From an uncultured Acidimicrobiia bacterium (GTDB lineage Bacteria > Actinomycetota > Acidimicrobiia > Spongiisociales > UBA5794), in NCBI GenBank assembly GCA_963714375.1, contig CAVQOG010000003.1, positions 297,457 through 361,456 of the forward strand: a stretch of 64,000 bases of DNA, read 5' to 3'. The position numbers were made by a program, and so were the translations under genes. The stretch's first letter is position 1. Every line of letters starts with the position of its first letter. Below, in pieces: positions 10,688 through 20,258 of this stretch. The notes under the pieces are model-generated. The model saw nothing but the letters and a program-made list of their open reading frames with translations. It was not told the DNA's origin and made no database searches.

Positions 10688-11529
10688 GCGGACTCACAGA
10701 CCTTCACCTTCACTCCAATCGATCGGACGGGGCAGAATCCCCCACACGACTTGTCGAGATGACGGCTGAGGCTGGTGTGTCGACAATGGCCCTCGTCGAC
10801 CACGATGTCCTTGACGGTCTCAACGAAGCAAGAATCGCTGCCGAATCCCACGGAATTCAGTTCATCCCCGGAATCGAACTCTCGGTTGACCACAACGGAA
10901 CGAAGATGCACATGCTTGTGTACTTCATCGAGGACAAGCCTGGTCCGCTCGAGGCGAAGTTGGCGTGGCTTCGCGACGGCAGAAACCAACGCAACAGGGA
11001 GATCGTCAAGAACCTCACCGACCTCGGGTACGAGATCACGATCGAGGACGTCTTGCGGTGGGCCGCCGGTGAGTCTGTTGGCCGCCCACACATCGCAGAT
11101 GCCCTCGTTGAGATCGGGGTGGTCGAAAACCGCGATGGGGCATTTGACGGTCTCCTCCAGGACGGCGGACTCGTCTATGTCGAGCGCAACCGTCTCACCG
11201 CGCTCGAAGCAATTGCCCTTGCCAGGGACGGTGGTGGCGTCCCCGTCGTGGCACATCCCAGGACGATTTCGGGAGGGGCTGCCGATTATGCGATTTTGTT
11301 CGAGGAACTTGTCGATGGGGGGCTTGGTGGGATCGAGGCACATCATGCCTCCCATTCCCCCGAGCTTCGCGAGCACCTCACAACAATGGCGCATCACCTC
11401 GGAATTGCCGCGACCGGAGGTTCGGACTTCCATGGCAACAAGAACCGTGACTTTCGTATCGGTGTCGGGACCGGCGATCTGCGGGTCCCGGAAACCGCCG
11501 TGGAAGAACTCCTGGCTCAGCGTGAGTGA
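10684..11529 (+). CDS. PHP-domain metal-dependent phosphoesterase (TrpH/YciV family)
   Basis: TTG start. HLHSNRSDG N-terminal PHP motif and further His/Asp ligand motifs across 281 aa. Confidence 0.8.
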   Translation: MSGLTDLHLHSNRSDGAESPTRLVEMTAEAGVSTMALVDHDVLDGLNEARIAAESHGIQFIPGIELSVDHNGTKMHMLVYFIEDKPGPLEAKLAWLRDGRNQRNREIVKNLTDLGYEITIEDVLRWAAGESVGRPHIADALVEIGVVENRDGAFDGLLQDGGLVYVERNRLTALEAIALARDGGGVPVVAHPRTISGGAADYAILFEELVDGGLGGIEAHHASHSPELREHLTTMAHHLGIAATGGSDFHGNKNRDFRIGVGTGDLRVPETAVEELLAQRE

Positions 11530-11575
11530 TCGCGGAGTTGCTCGCTGCAGGAATCGTGCTAGCGTTCCGTCTCCA

Positions 11576-11632
11576 ATGAGACAGCAGACCACCCACGTCC
11601 ATCACCATCACCACCCATCGGTGGTCGGTTGA
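11576..11632 (+). CDS. hisL: histidine operon leader peptide MRQQTTHVHHHHHPSVVG
   Basis: 18 codons. Six His codons, five of them consecutive (CAT CAC CAT CAC CAC). Ends TGA at 11630-11632, 28 nt before the attenuator hairpin and about 100 nt before hisG. Confidence 0.6.
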   Translation: MRQQTTHVHHHHHPSVVG

Positions 11633-11659
11633 ACGTGGACACTTAGGTAAAGAACCACA

Positions 11660-11688
11660 CGCCGACCCGCAACGGTCGGCGTTTTTTT
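11660..11688 (+). terminator. rho-independent attenuator/terminator upstream of hisG
   Basis: 8-bp GC stem CGCCGACC/GGTCGGCG, 6-nt loop, then T7. Upstream GGTGGTCGG at 11620-11628 can alternatively pair with CCGACC, which is an antiterminator arrangement. Confidence 0.65.
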
Positions 11689-11734
11689 GTTCTCAAAAGG
11701 ACCCGGCCAGCAGGTCGACGGGAGAGGATCCCCG

Positions 11735-12613
11735 TTGATCAACAAGCCAACACAACCTGACACCCTACGTTTCGCAGTGCCCAAGGGCCGCACCGAGGCC
11801 GGCGTTCGAACGCTCCTTGCCGACGCTGGTATCGAACTGCGTTCCGGCCCGCGGGGCTATCGGCCGATTCCATCTGTACCTTGGCTTGAGGCCAAGCTCC
11901 TCAAACCTCAGAACATTGTCGAGATGCTCGCTGCGGGGTCTCGCGATATCGGTTTCGCTGGTGCCGATTGGGTCGCAGAAAAGCAAGCGGACCTCGTTGA
12001 GCTTCTCGATACTGGACTCGATCCGGTCAGCGTCGTTGCCGCAGCGCCGACAGATCTCCTCGTCGACAATGCCCTACCCCGTCGACGACTCGTCATTGCA
12101 AGCGAGCTGACTCGGCTCACCGCCGCATGGGTTGCGGCCCAGAACCTCGATGTGGACATCATCCGCTCGTACGGAGCCACGGAGGTGTTTCCGCCGGAGG
12201 ACGCCGACGTGATTGTCGATATCACGGCAACAGGAGAAACGCTTGCGGCGAACCAACTTGTGGTGATTGACACGATCATGGATTCCTCGACCCGGCTCTA
12301 TGCAAGTCGCGAAGCCATGGCCGACACCTCCAAGAAGCAGAATATTGAAGCTCTGGTTCTTGGTCTCGACTCAGTGCTTGCAGCAAGATCCAGGGTGATG
12401 GTCGAGCTCAACATCGCCATCGATATCTCCGACGGTCTGTTCCGTGTCCTCCCTTCGATGCGGGAACCGACCGTCTCCCCACTCCATGGCGGAGGAGCGC
12501 TTGCCGTAAAGGCGGCTGTCCCACGCAAAGAGCTGCCGGAGCTGATCCCGGCACTCAAGGAAGCAGGAGCGACCGACATCGTCGTGTCGCGATTGGAGCA
12601 GATCGTCCCATGA
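11735..12613 (+). CDS. hisG: ATP phosphoribosyltransferase (long form with C-terminal regulatory domain)
   Basis: LRFAVPKGR N-terminal motif. TTG start at 11735 with a GGAGAGG box 7 nt upstream. The ORF-track N-terminus from 11687 overlaps the attenuator. Confidence 0.85.
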   Translation: MINKPTQPDTLRFAVPKGRTEAGVRTLLADAGIELRSGPRGYRPIPSVPWLEAKLLKPQNIVEMLAAGSRDIGFAGADWVAEKQADLVELLDTGLDPVSVVAAAPTDLLVDNALPRRRLVIASELTRLTAAWVAAQNLDVDIIRSYGATEVFPPEDADVIVDITATGETLAANQLVVIDTIMDSSTRLYASREAMADTSKKQNIEALVLGLDSVLAARSRVMVELNIAIDISDGLFRVLPSMREPTVSPLHGGGALAVKAAVPRKELPELIPALKEAGATDIVVSRLEQIVP

Positions 12614-13194
12614 CCCGATCCATCACACTTTCACGAAACACGGCGGAGGTCCAGATTTCAGGGAACCTCACGCTGGACGGGACCGGAATCGCAGAGATCT
12701 CCACCGGTCTCGGCTTCTTGGACCACATGCTGACAGCGCTGACTCGGCACTCCGGCTTCGATCTCAGGCTCGATGTTCAAGGTGACACCGGGGTCGACGA
12801 CCACCACACCGTCGAAGACTGTGCGATCGTTATCGGTCGGGCAATAGACGAGCTGCTCGGTGACCGCAGCGGGATTGATCGCTTCGGATCTGCGTATGTG
12901 CCCCTCGACGAATCTCTCGCACGGGCGGTCGTCGATTGCTCGGGAAGGGGATGGCCAGAAATTCGCCTTTCGCTTGAACGCGAGAAGATCGGGGATGTCG
13001 CAGCCGAAAACATCACGCATTTCTTTCGATCACTCGCACTCGAGGGACGAATGGCACTCCATGTCGATGTGCTCAGAGGAGACAACGACCATCACAAGGC
13101 AGAGGCAGCGTTCAAGGCCACGGCGCGTGCACTGAGGAGTGCCGTAGCAACCAATGATGGTCGGATTCTCAGCACCAAGGAGGTCTTGGGGTGA
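12610..13194 (+). CDS. hisB: imidazoleglycerol-phosphate dehydratase
   Basis: GFLDHML and DxHHxxE metal motifs. 194 aa. Start overlaps the hisG stop. Confidence 0.9.
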   Translation: MTRSITLSRNTAEVQISGNLTLDGTGIAEISTGLGFLDHMLTALTRHSGFDLRLDVQGDTGVDDHHTVEDCAIVIGRAIDELLGDRSGIDRFGSAYVPLDESLARAVVDCSGRGWPEIRLSLEREKIGDVAAENITHFFRSLALEGRMALHVDVLRGDNDHHKAEAAFKATARALRSAVATNDGRILSTKEVLG

Positions 13195-13802
13195 GCCACG
13201 ATGTGATCGTGGTTCCGACGGGGACCGCCAACATTGCCTCGGTGCTTGCAGCCTTTGGCCGCCTCGGAGTCAAGGCAAGCATTTCGACTGATCCGGATCG
13301 CATTGGCACCGCATCGGGTGTTGTCATGCCGGGTGTCGGAACGTTCGGTGCTGCGGTCCGAGAGTTGGACCGGATCGGCGTCAGGCAAGCCCTCCTCACA
13401 AGGATCGAAGCAGACATGCCGACCATGGCGATCTGTGTTGGTCTCCAGATCTTTGCCGAGACGAGCGAGGAGAGCCCCGGGGTGAGTGGTCTCGGTGTCA
13501 TGGCCTCGACAATGACACGGTTCCCAGCGCAGGTCACCGTTCCCCAGCTTGGGTGGAACAGGGTCCACCATTCTGAAAACTCGAGATTCGTTCGGTCGGG
13601 TTGGGCGTACTTTGCGAATTCATATCGTTTGACGACAGCTCCCGAAGGGTGGGTACCAGCGACGGCAAGTCACGGTGGCCAGTTCGTTGCTGCAATCGAG
13701 CGCGGCAACGTGCTTGCCTGCCAATTTCACCCCGAGCTCTCTGGCCAGTGGGGACTCGGGGTTATCGATGCTTGGCTCGACACAACGAAGGGGTCGAAGT
13801 AA
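13191..13802 (+). CDS. hisH: imidazole glycerol phosphate synthase, glutamine amidotransferase subunit
   Basis: Class-I GATase. Catalytic Cys in the MAICVGLQ region and the HPE triad. Confidence 0.9.
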   Translation: MSHDVIVVPTGTANIASVLAAFGRLGVKASISTDPDRIGTASGVVMPGVGTFGAAVRELDRIGVRQALLTRIEADMPTMAICVGLQIFAETSEESPGVSGLGVMASTMTRFPAQVTVPQLGWNRVHHSENSRFVRSGWAYFANSYRLTTAPEGWVPATASHGGQFVAAIERGNVLACQFHPELSGQWGLGVIDAWLDTTKGSK

Positions 13803-14554
13803 TGCTTGCTCCACGAGTCATCCCGTGCCTTGACGTTGACGGTGGGCGGGTCGTGAAGGGGGTTCAATTCTCAGATCTTCGCGACGCGGGGGATCCTGTG
13901 GAGATTGCAGCCAACTATGAGCAGCAGGGTGCCGACGAAATCGTGATCCTCGACGTGTCGGCAACACCCGAAGGCAGAGGCAACGCCCTGGCAACCGTTT
14001 CTGCCGTTCGGTCTGTGCTCACGATCCCGCTGACAGTCGGGGGCGGCGTACGGTCCACCGCCGATGCTGGTCGCCTCCTGAACGCGGGTGCAGACCGTGT
14101 AGCGACCAATACGGCAGCCGTCGAACGCCCCGAACTCATCGCTGAGATCGCTGCCCAGTTCGGTGCCCAATGCACGGTCGTCTCGATCGACGCCGGGCGA
14201 CGCGATGGCGGTTGGGAAGTCCTCACGAGGAGCGGGAAGACACGAATGGGAATAGAGGTTGGAGACTGGTCTGTCCAGTGTGGTGAGCTTGGCGCCGGTG
14301 AGATCCTGCTGACGAGCTGGGATCGCGACGGAACCCGATCTGGCTACGACACCGATCTGTTGTCCTTTGTCTCGCGCCTTGTGACAATTCCGATCATCGC
14401 ATCGGGCGGGGCCGGACAGGCAGACGACCTCGTCGCCGCGATCAAGGCGGGGGCGTCGGCCGTGCTTGTCGCCTCGCTTCTCCATGACCGGGATCTGACG
14501 GTCTCCGACCTGAAGGGGGCCATGTCACAACAAGGGATCGAGGTACGAGAATGA
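13802..14554 (+). CDS. hisF: imidazole glycerol phosphate synthase, cyclase subunit
   Basis: RVIPCLDVDGGRVVKG start. ATG at 13802 overlaps the hisH TAA stop. The ORF-track start at 13601 is an upstream extension. Confidence 0.9.
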   Translation: MLAPRVIPCLDVDGGRVVKGVQFSDLRDAGDPVEIAANYEQQGADEIVILDVSATPEGRGNALATVSAVRSVLTIPLTVGGGVRSTADAGRLLNAGADRVATNTAAVERPELIAEIAAQFGAQCTVVSIDAGRRDGGWEVLTRSGKTRMGIEVGDWSVQCGELGAGEILLTSWDRDGTRSGYDTDLLSFVSRLVTIPIIASGGAGQADDLVAAIKAGASAVLVASLLHDRDLTVSDLKGAMSQQGIEVRE

Positions 14555-15813
14555 TTGTCCCATCGATCGACATCGTCGGGGGCTGTGCCGTACAGCTCGT
14601 CGGTGGCGAAACGCTTGCAGTCGATGCGGGTGATCCGAGACCGCTCATGGAGCGATTCTCGGTGGTGGGTGAGGTCGCTGTCATCGACATCGATGCTGCA
14701 AGGGGCGATACCAGCAACCGTGCAGCAATCGTTGAACTCTGCTCCCTGGGTCGAGTCCGCGTTGGTGGGGGAATCCGAGATATTGACACGGCCCTCGAAT
14801 GGCTCGACGCAGGCGCTGACAAGATCATCGTCGGGACTGCAGCGACCCCCGGGTTCCTGCGAGAACTCCCGATGGAAAGGGTCATCGTTGCCCTCGATGC
14901 GCGCGATGGCGCAATCGTGACCCACGGATGGAGGACGCAAACCGACCGGCCGCTCATCGAATCGGTTGCCGAGCTCGCGGATCTCTGCGGCGGATTTCTT
15001 GTCACCTTCGTTGAGCGCGAGGGTCGCCTCAAGGGAACCGACATGGACCTCGCGACGCGGGTCATCAATTCGGCAGGGCAGGCCAGCGTGACAATTGCAG
15101 GTGGCATCACGACAGCCGACGAAATTGCAGCCCTGGATGCGCTTGGTGCTGATGCCCAGGTAGGAATGGCGCTCTACAAGGAACAACTCAGCCTCGCCGA
15201 CGCCGTGTCGGCGCCGCTCATCTCCGACAGGAGCGACGGTTTGTGGCCGACAATCGTCACCGACGAGCGCGGCGTTGCACTCGGCCTTGCCTGGTCCGAT
15301 GCGGAAAGCTTGGCGAATGCGATCGAAACGCGGACAGGGACCTACCACAGTCGAACGCGGGGCCTCTGGCAGAAGGGGGCATCGTCGGGGGCAACCCAGC
15401 GGTTGCTCCGGATCGACGTCGATTGTGATCGGGATGCCATGCGGTTCATGGTCGAGCAGAGCGATCCAGGTTTCTGCCACACAAACACCCGAACATGCTT
15501 TGGCGACGATGGCGGGATCGGGCGGCTCGCCCGTCGGCTCGAAACGATACGAAGTGAACGCCCAAGCGGATCAAACACGGTCGCGTTGTTCGATGATGAC
15601 CGACTGCTCGCAGACAAACTGCTTGAGGAGGCTGGAGAACTCGTCGCCGCAACAACGACGCGGGAGGTCCTCCATGAGACCGCTGATGTCATCTACTTTG
15701 CCCTTGCCAAAGCGGTCGCATCCGGCGTATCGATCCGTGCGATCGAGGACGAGCTGGATGCCCGAGAGCAGAAGGTCACCCGCAGGCCCATGACAAGGAA
15801 GACAGACACATGA
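14551..15813 (+). CDS. hisA-hisIE: trifunctional fusion: ProFAR isomerase (HisA/PriA-like), phosphoribosyl-AMP cyclohydrolase (HisI) and phosphoribosyl-ATP pyrophosphatase (HisE)
   Basis: Residues 1-240: IVPSIDIVGGCAV...GGGIR...AGGITT HisA barrel. Residues about 245-340: WSDAESLANAIETRTGTYHSRTRGLWQKGASSG...CHT..TCF (HisI). Residues about 340-420: VLHETADVIYFALA (HisE). Single uninterrupted frame. Confidence 0.8.
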   Translation: MIVPSIDIVGGCAVQLVGGETLAVDAGDPRPLMERFSVVGEVAVIDIDAARGDTSNRAAIVELCSLGRVRVGGGIRDIDTALEWLDAGADKIIVGTAATPGFLRELPMERVIVALDARDGAIVTHGWRTQTDRPLIESVAELADLCGGFLVTFVEREGRLKGTDMDLATRVINSAGQASVTIAGGITTADEIAALDALGADAQVGMALYKEQLSLADAVSAPLISDRSDGLWPTIVTDERGVALGLAWSDAESLANAIETRTGTYHSRTRGLWQKGASSGATQRLLRIDVDCDRDAMRFMVEQSDPGFCHTNTRTCFGDDGGIGRLARRLETIRSERPSGSNTVALFDDDRLLADKLLEEAGELVAATTTREVLHETADVIYFALAKAVASGVSIRAIEDELDAREQKVTRRPMTRKTDT

Positions 15814-17057
15814 TCCCTCGAGTGGCACCAACTGATCTTGCTGGCATGCACGCCCGACGACGCCTTGAAAGCACTGACGCAGCCGATGTCGCCGCTGCCA
15901 TTGTTGAGGAGGTTCGCAGCGGAGGTGAGGGTGCCCTCAGAGCACTGGGGGTCAGATTCGGGGACATCGCCGCCCATGAATCGCTCGTGATAGGCGGCCC
16001 CGACTTGAAAGCTGCTCTTGCGCGAATTCCTGCAAACGAGCGGGCTGCCCTCGGACGAGCTGCGGACCGAATCGAGCGCTTCGCTCAGGCACAGCGCTCG
16101 ACGTTCACGAACCTCACCGTTGCGGTTCCGGGAGGTACGGCGGGACACCGTTGGATCCCAGTCGATTCGGTTGGGGCATACGCGCCCGGGGGACGGTATC
16201 CGCTTCCCTCATCCGTACTGATGACCGTGATCCCAGCACGTGTTGCTGGTGTTCGAACCGTGTGGGTTGCATCACCACGACCCACTGACACCGTTCTCGC
16301 AGCCGCTGCGATCGCGGGTGCCGATGCATTGATTCCGATCGGTGGCGCACAAGCCATCGCTGCTCTCGCCTTCGGAACCGTTGGGCCGAGGTGCGATGTC
16401 GTTGTCGGACCTGGCAACCGATGGGTGACCGCTGCCAAGAAGTACCTCTACGGGGAGATCGGAATCGACGGCCTTGCTGGTCCGAGCGAGATCCTCGTCA
16501 TCGCCGACGGCAATGCTGATCCTGATCTTGTGGCGGCCGACCTACTCGCCCAAGCAGAACACGATCCCGATGCAATGCCCATACTCGTCACACTCACGAA
16601 CGGCATGCTCGAGGCTGTGACCAGGTCAATCGACGAGCAACTCACAGACCTCCCGACTGCTCCGATCGCTCAGAAAGCACTCGAAAATGGTTTCTCCCTT
16701 GTCGTTGACTCAATCGGCGACGCAGTCCGCATCTCGAACGAGATTGCACCGGAACACCTGGCTTTGCATATCGATGACGCCGAAAAGATCGTTCCCGATC
16801 TGACGTCGTACGGGTCTGCCTTCGTTGGAAGCTCCTCTGCCGAGGCATTCGCAGACTACGGGGCTGGTCCAAATCATGTCCTCCCCACCGCGGGAGGGGC
16901 CCGCTATCAGTCAGGGCTATCGGTGTCGACGTACCTGCGTTCACCAACATGGCTACGCCTTGACAATCCGACCACCCTGATCGACGAGACTGTTCTGCTT
17001 GCCGGTATCGAGGGCCTTGTCGGACATGCCAGAGCGGCCAAGCGGCGATCGAGCTGA
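15810..17057 (+). CDS. hisD: histidinol dehydrogenase
   Basis: Start overlaps hisA-IE. Motifs GPGNRWVTAAK and AQAEHDP..HGG. Confidence 0.9.
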   Translation: MIPRVAPTDLAGMHARRRLESTDAADVAAAIVEEVRSGGEGALRALGVRFGDIAAHESLVIGGPDLKAALARIPANERAALGRAADRIERFAQAQRSTFTNLTVAVPGGTAGHRWIPVDSVGAYAPGGRYPLPSSVLMTVIPARVAGVRTVWVASPRPTDTVLAAAAIAGADALIPIGGAQAIAALAFGTVGPRCDVVVGPGNRWVTAAKKYLYGEIGIDGLAGPSEILVIADGNADPDLVAADLLAQAEHDPDAMPILVTLTNGMLEAVTRSIDEQLTDLPTAPIAQKALENGFSLVVDSIGDAVRISNEIAPEHLALHIDDAEKIVPDLTSYGSAFVGSSSAEAFADYGAGPNHVLPTAGGARYQSGLSVSTYLRSPTWLRLDNPTTLIDETVLLAGIEGLVGHARAAKRRSS

Positions 17058-17079
17058 GTTTGTCCTTCACCGGATTGGT

Positions 17080-18420
17080 ATGGCGACCGATAACCGTGCC
17101 ATGGAGCGAACGCTTTCTCTATTCCCAAGGCGCGCACCGATTTCGTACGAGGAACTGCGCAAGCCCTTCAACATCCTTCGCGGTGTTGGAGCTTGCGCTC
17201 TCGCGTTCGCTGCGATTGTCGGGTTTGTGCAGACCGGTGACAGCGCTCCTCTTCTGTTGATCATTCCATCGGTGATCATCCTTGTGGATGCGGTGGTACG
17301 CCTGACGACGCAGGCATCGGCTTTCGGTGGCCTCATGGTCGATGCAACGGCGCTGTTCGCTGCGCTCGCCCTGCGTGGGCCCGCACCTTCGATCAACGCC
17401 GTCGTGTTGTTGTACCTCCTCGTCGTGGCATTGCTGGCACTTCCGATGGTGAAAGCGACAATCGTTATCGCCTACGCTGGTTTCTTGTGGGTGGTGATCG
17501 CTGCGATCAACGGGAACTTCGATGACACGATCGTCGGAGTCGTCGGCAGAGCGGGGTTCGAGAACGGTTTCGACCGCCTCGTCGTTGTCATGATCACACT
17601 CTCCGTCGCAGCGATCATGTTGTACGCGATCAGCGCTTTGCTCCGAGCCCAGGATCAACAGGCTGAAGCCCTCGCTCAGGAACGTCGAGCAGTGGAGCTC
17701 AAGAACGAGTTCGTCTCGATGGTCAGCCACGAGTTGCGTACACCTCTCACAGGTATCGCTGGATTCACCGACACCCTCAACGAGAACTGGGAGAACCTGC
17801 CTTCTCGCGAGGTCAACGAGTTCCTGTCGATCATGCGCCAAGAAACGGAACACCTCACAAACCTCGTCGAGGACATCCTGGTGATCCCACGGCTTGAGGC
17901 AGGGCAGCTCAGGCTTGTCCCTGTTCGTCTCGATCTCGCCTCCGAGACTCGTGCTGTCGCCTCAATGATCTTCCCCGACTCCGGAGACTATTCCGTGACC
18001 GTCCCCGCCAATGTGATCGTGTCTGCAGACCAGACACGACTCAGGCAGATCCTGCGAAACCTGTTTGAGAACGCAAAGAAGTACGGTGGCGATCAGGTAC
18101 TCATCGAGGGTGAACTTGCTGGACCGGGCTCGTACAAACTCTCTGTGTCCGACAACGGAAAGGGAGTTGGGGTTGACGATCGCGAGCGGATCTTCGAACA
18201 CTTCGAACAGCTTTCAACAGGTGACGGACGGCTCGAGCAGGGTGTCGGCCTCGGGCTCCCGATCGCACGCAGGCTCACCCGAGCCATGGGTGGCGACCTC
18301 TGGTACGAGGAACGATTTCCCGTTGGGGCCCGCTTCTGCTTCTCCGTGAAGCTCGCAGACTTGGACCGGGAGCAGGAGAGTGCTCGTCCAACTGCAGCAT
18401 TCATCAAGACGCAAACCTGA
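17080..18420 (+). CDS. sensor histidine kinase with polytopic N-terminal membrane domain (orphan)
   Basis: Six-TM N-terminus, H-box SHELRTPL, N/G boxes NLFENAKKYGG and GVGLGL. No cognate regulator adjacent. Confidence 0.75.
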   Translation: MATDNRAMERTLSLFPRRAPISYEELRKPFNILRGVGACALAFAAIVGFVQTGDSAPLLLIIPSVIILVDAVVRLTTQASAFGGLMVDATALFAALALRGPAPSINAVVLLYLLVVALLALPMVKATIVIAYAGFLWVVIAAINGNFDDTIVGVVGRAGFENGFDRLVVVMITLSVAAIMLYAISALLRAQDQQAEALAQERRAVELKNEFVSMVSHELRTPLTGIAGFTDTLNENWENLPSREVNEFLSIMRQETEHLTNLVEDILVIPRLEAGQLRLVPVRLDLASETRAVASMIFPDSGDYSVTVPANVIVSADQTRLRQILRNLFENAKKYGGDQVLIEGELAGPGSYKLSVSDNGKGVGVDDRERIFEHFEQLSTGDGRLEQGVGLGLPIARRLTRAMGGDLWYEERFPVGARFCFSVKLADLDREQESARPTAAFIKTQT

Positions 18421-18468
18421 CCTGGTGGTCTTTCGCTAGAAACCGTCTTCGCCGGGTACGCTTCCGGC

Positions 18469-18879
18469 GTGCTCCCCTACAACATTCACCACGTTGCTCT
18501 TGCCGTTTCGGATCTTGATGCGGCCATCAACTCGTTTCGGGATCAGTACGGTTTCGAGGTCCTTTCGCGTGAGATAGTTGCCGAGCAGGGCGTTGAAGAA
18601 GCCATGATTGCCGTCGGTGGATCGCATGTGCAGTTGCTTGCGTCCCTTGACGAGATGTCACCTGTCGGACGCTTTCTCAGTCGGAATGGGGAAGGGATGC
18701 ATCACATAGCGTTTGCGGTTACAGACATCGATGCAGCACTTGATCATTTGAAGACACTCGATATCGCTCTCGTTGACGACACGCCTCGTATCGGAGGCGG
18801 TGGGCACAGGATCGCATTCGTGCACCCAACAGCACTGGCAGGCACACTGTTCGAACTCATCGAGGTGGACCATGGCTGA
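18469..18879 (+). CDS. VOC/glyoxalase-family protein, methylmalonyl-CoA epimerase-like
   Basis: Two beta-alpha-beta-beta-beta modules with HHVA and HHIAF metal-ligand motifs. 136 aa. Confidence 0.7.
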   Translation: MLPYNIHHVALAVSDLDAAINSFRDQYGFEVLSREIVAEQGVEEAMIAVGGSHVQLLASLDEMSPVGRFLSRNGEGMHHIAFAVTDIDAALDHLKTLDIALVDDTPRIGGGGHRIAFVHPTALAGTLFELIEVDHG

Positions 18880-19120
18880 AAGAATCGAGATCACGGGTGG
18901 CGCCGGTGCTCATCTTGCCGCTGCCATCGCCGCGGTGGTCGAGGCCATTGACCGCGAGGAGCAGGAAGCTTCGGCGACACGACCCAAACCGATCAGGAAC
19001 AGCCAGTGGGTTCAAGCCAGCCGGCCATTCGAACGGCAATCACCCATGACGTCAGTCGAATACGACCGCATGCCAGGCGGAACCGACGGCGACGCCGGCG
19101 AGATCAACCCGTTCACCTGA
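18872..19120 (+). CDS. small Ala-rich protein, translationally coupled (ATGGCTGA overlap)
   Basis: 82 aa. Its start overlaps the epimerase stop. Composition loosely resembles actinobacterial acyl-CoA carboxylase epsilon subunits. Confidence 0.3.
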   Translation: MAERIEITGGAGAHLAAAIAAVVEAIDREEQEASATRPKPIRNSQWVQASRPFERQSPMTSVEYDRMPGGTDGDAGEINPFT

Positions 19121-19205
19121 TCCCCACTCACCACCACGGATACCGAACACCTTCGCAGGCGAGCGCGCGGCTGTGAATGAAGGATTGCCTGAATGAGCTG
19201 AATTG

Positions 19206-20163
19206 CTACAGAGGTGGCTCGCTCATGAGGTCTTGGAGCGACACTCGGCCAACGAGATAGGACTCGTTGTCAACGACCGGGATCAGGCTGTCCGGCTCAT
19301 GGGTCGCAAGCTCGATTGCATCGACGATGGTGTCGGTCAAATCAAAGAAAACGCCATCCTCCATGACATCGCGGATGGTGAGATCGGATCGTGCCTGTGT
19401 GAGTGCGCCGATGGCTGACGGTACCGAGCAGCTTTCCCCGTTCGGCAACAACGATGCCGGCCCCCTCCGAAAGCACCAGGGCATCAGCAACCAGCATGCG
19501 TGGCCCGAAGGCGATGGGCGGCCTCATGACCTGAAAGACGCGCCTCGGATGGTGTTCGACGACAATCGTTCCCGCCGATGCCTTCGCTTGTATCCGGGCA
19601 CCGGGACCAAAGAACCGTCGTTGAAACCACGACCCACCGGACGCGCCGACGACCAGAAGAGTCCCGTTTGGAAGCGCCTCAACCATGGATGCTGGACTGG
19701 AGGCTTGGACGATTCGAGTATCGAGCGCCGGTAGCTGAGCGCTGATTTGCTCAAGCACATCACGTGCCTGAGCAAGCTCGGTGGGATCGCTGTAGCCAAA
19801 CGTCGCCGACGCCGGAATACCGGCTGCCTCGGAGAGCCAGTTTGCAAGGACCGCCGCGAGGAGTGAATGCGGGCCGCCACCTACAGCAGCCACGATCGAC
19901 TGGGTACTGGCTCGATCGAAGTCATGGGGAACCGCTGTGCTGCAAAGATCAAGGGACGTCCGATTCGACACCACCAACAAACCTGCCCGTGCGTCAACGC
20001 ACGACGCAACAATGTTGGCCCCGGCCCTCGTGGCTGCACCACCAGTGAGGACCTCGGCGAGATCCCGTGCCTGATTTCCGCCAGCCCAGACCACCCTGCG
20101 ACTGCCGATCCTCGCTGGGTGGTCGCTCGCCGGGGACTCGTATGGGTCGTTGCTGTTAGCCAT
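19206..20163 (-). CDS. universal stress protein (UspA) domain fused to a CBS pair; frame disrupted near 19375-19420 in this assembly
   Basis: ORF 19342..20163 carries Usp (LLVVGASGGSW...TIVVEHHP) plus CBS1. CBS2 (TIRDVMEDGVFFDL...LVGRVSLQDL) continues in the +1 frame as ORF 19206..19490. Confidence 0.5.
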
Positions 20164-20258
20164 CGATATCTATGGCGCCGAGCGTACCAGCTTGCCCCAA
20201 AATCGCTTCTCATCGTGCCGAGCGTCGGCACTCCTGGCAGTGAACTACGATTGGTGGC

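Noticed and set aside
10633-11592. 319-aa minus-strand ORF and 285-aa alternate plus frame (10775..11632)
   Set aside because: Both overlap the PHP phosphoesterase gene. Only the last 18 codons of the plus alternate frame are meaningful, as the his leader peptide.
14344-15480. 378-aa minus-strand ORF
   Set aside because: Antisense to hisF and hisA-IE. No motif. GC-rich antisense artefact.
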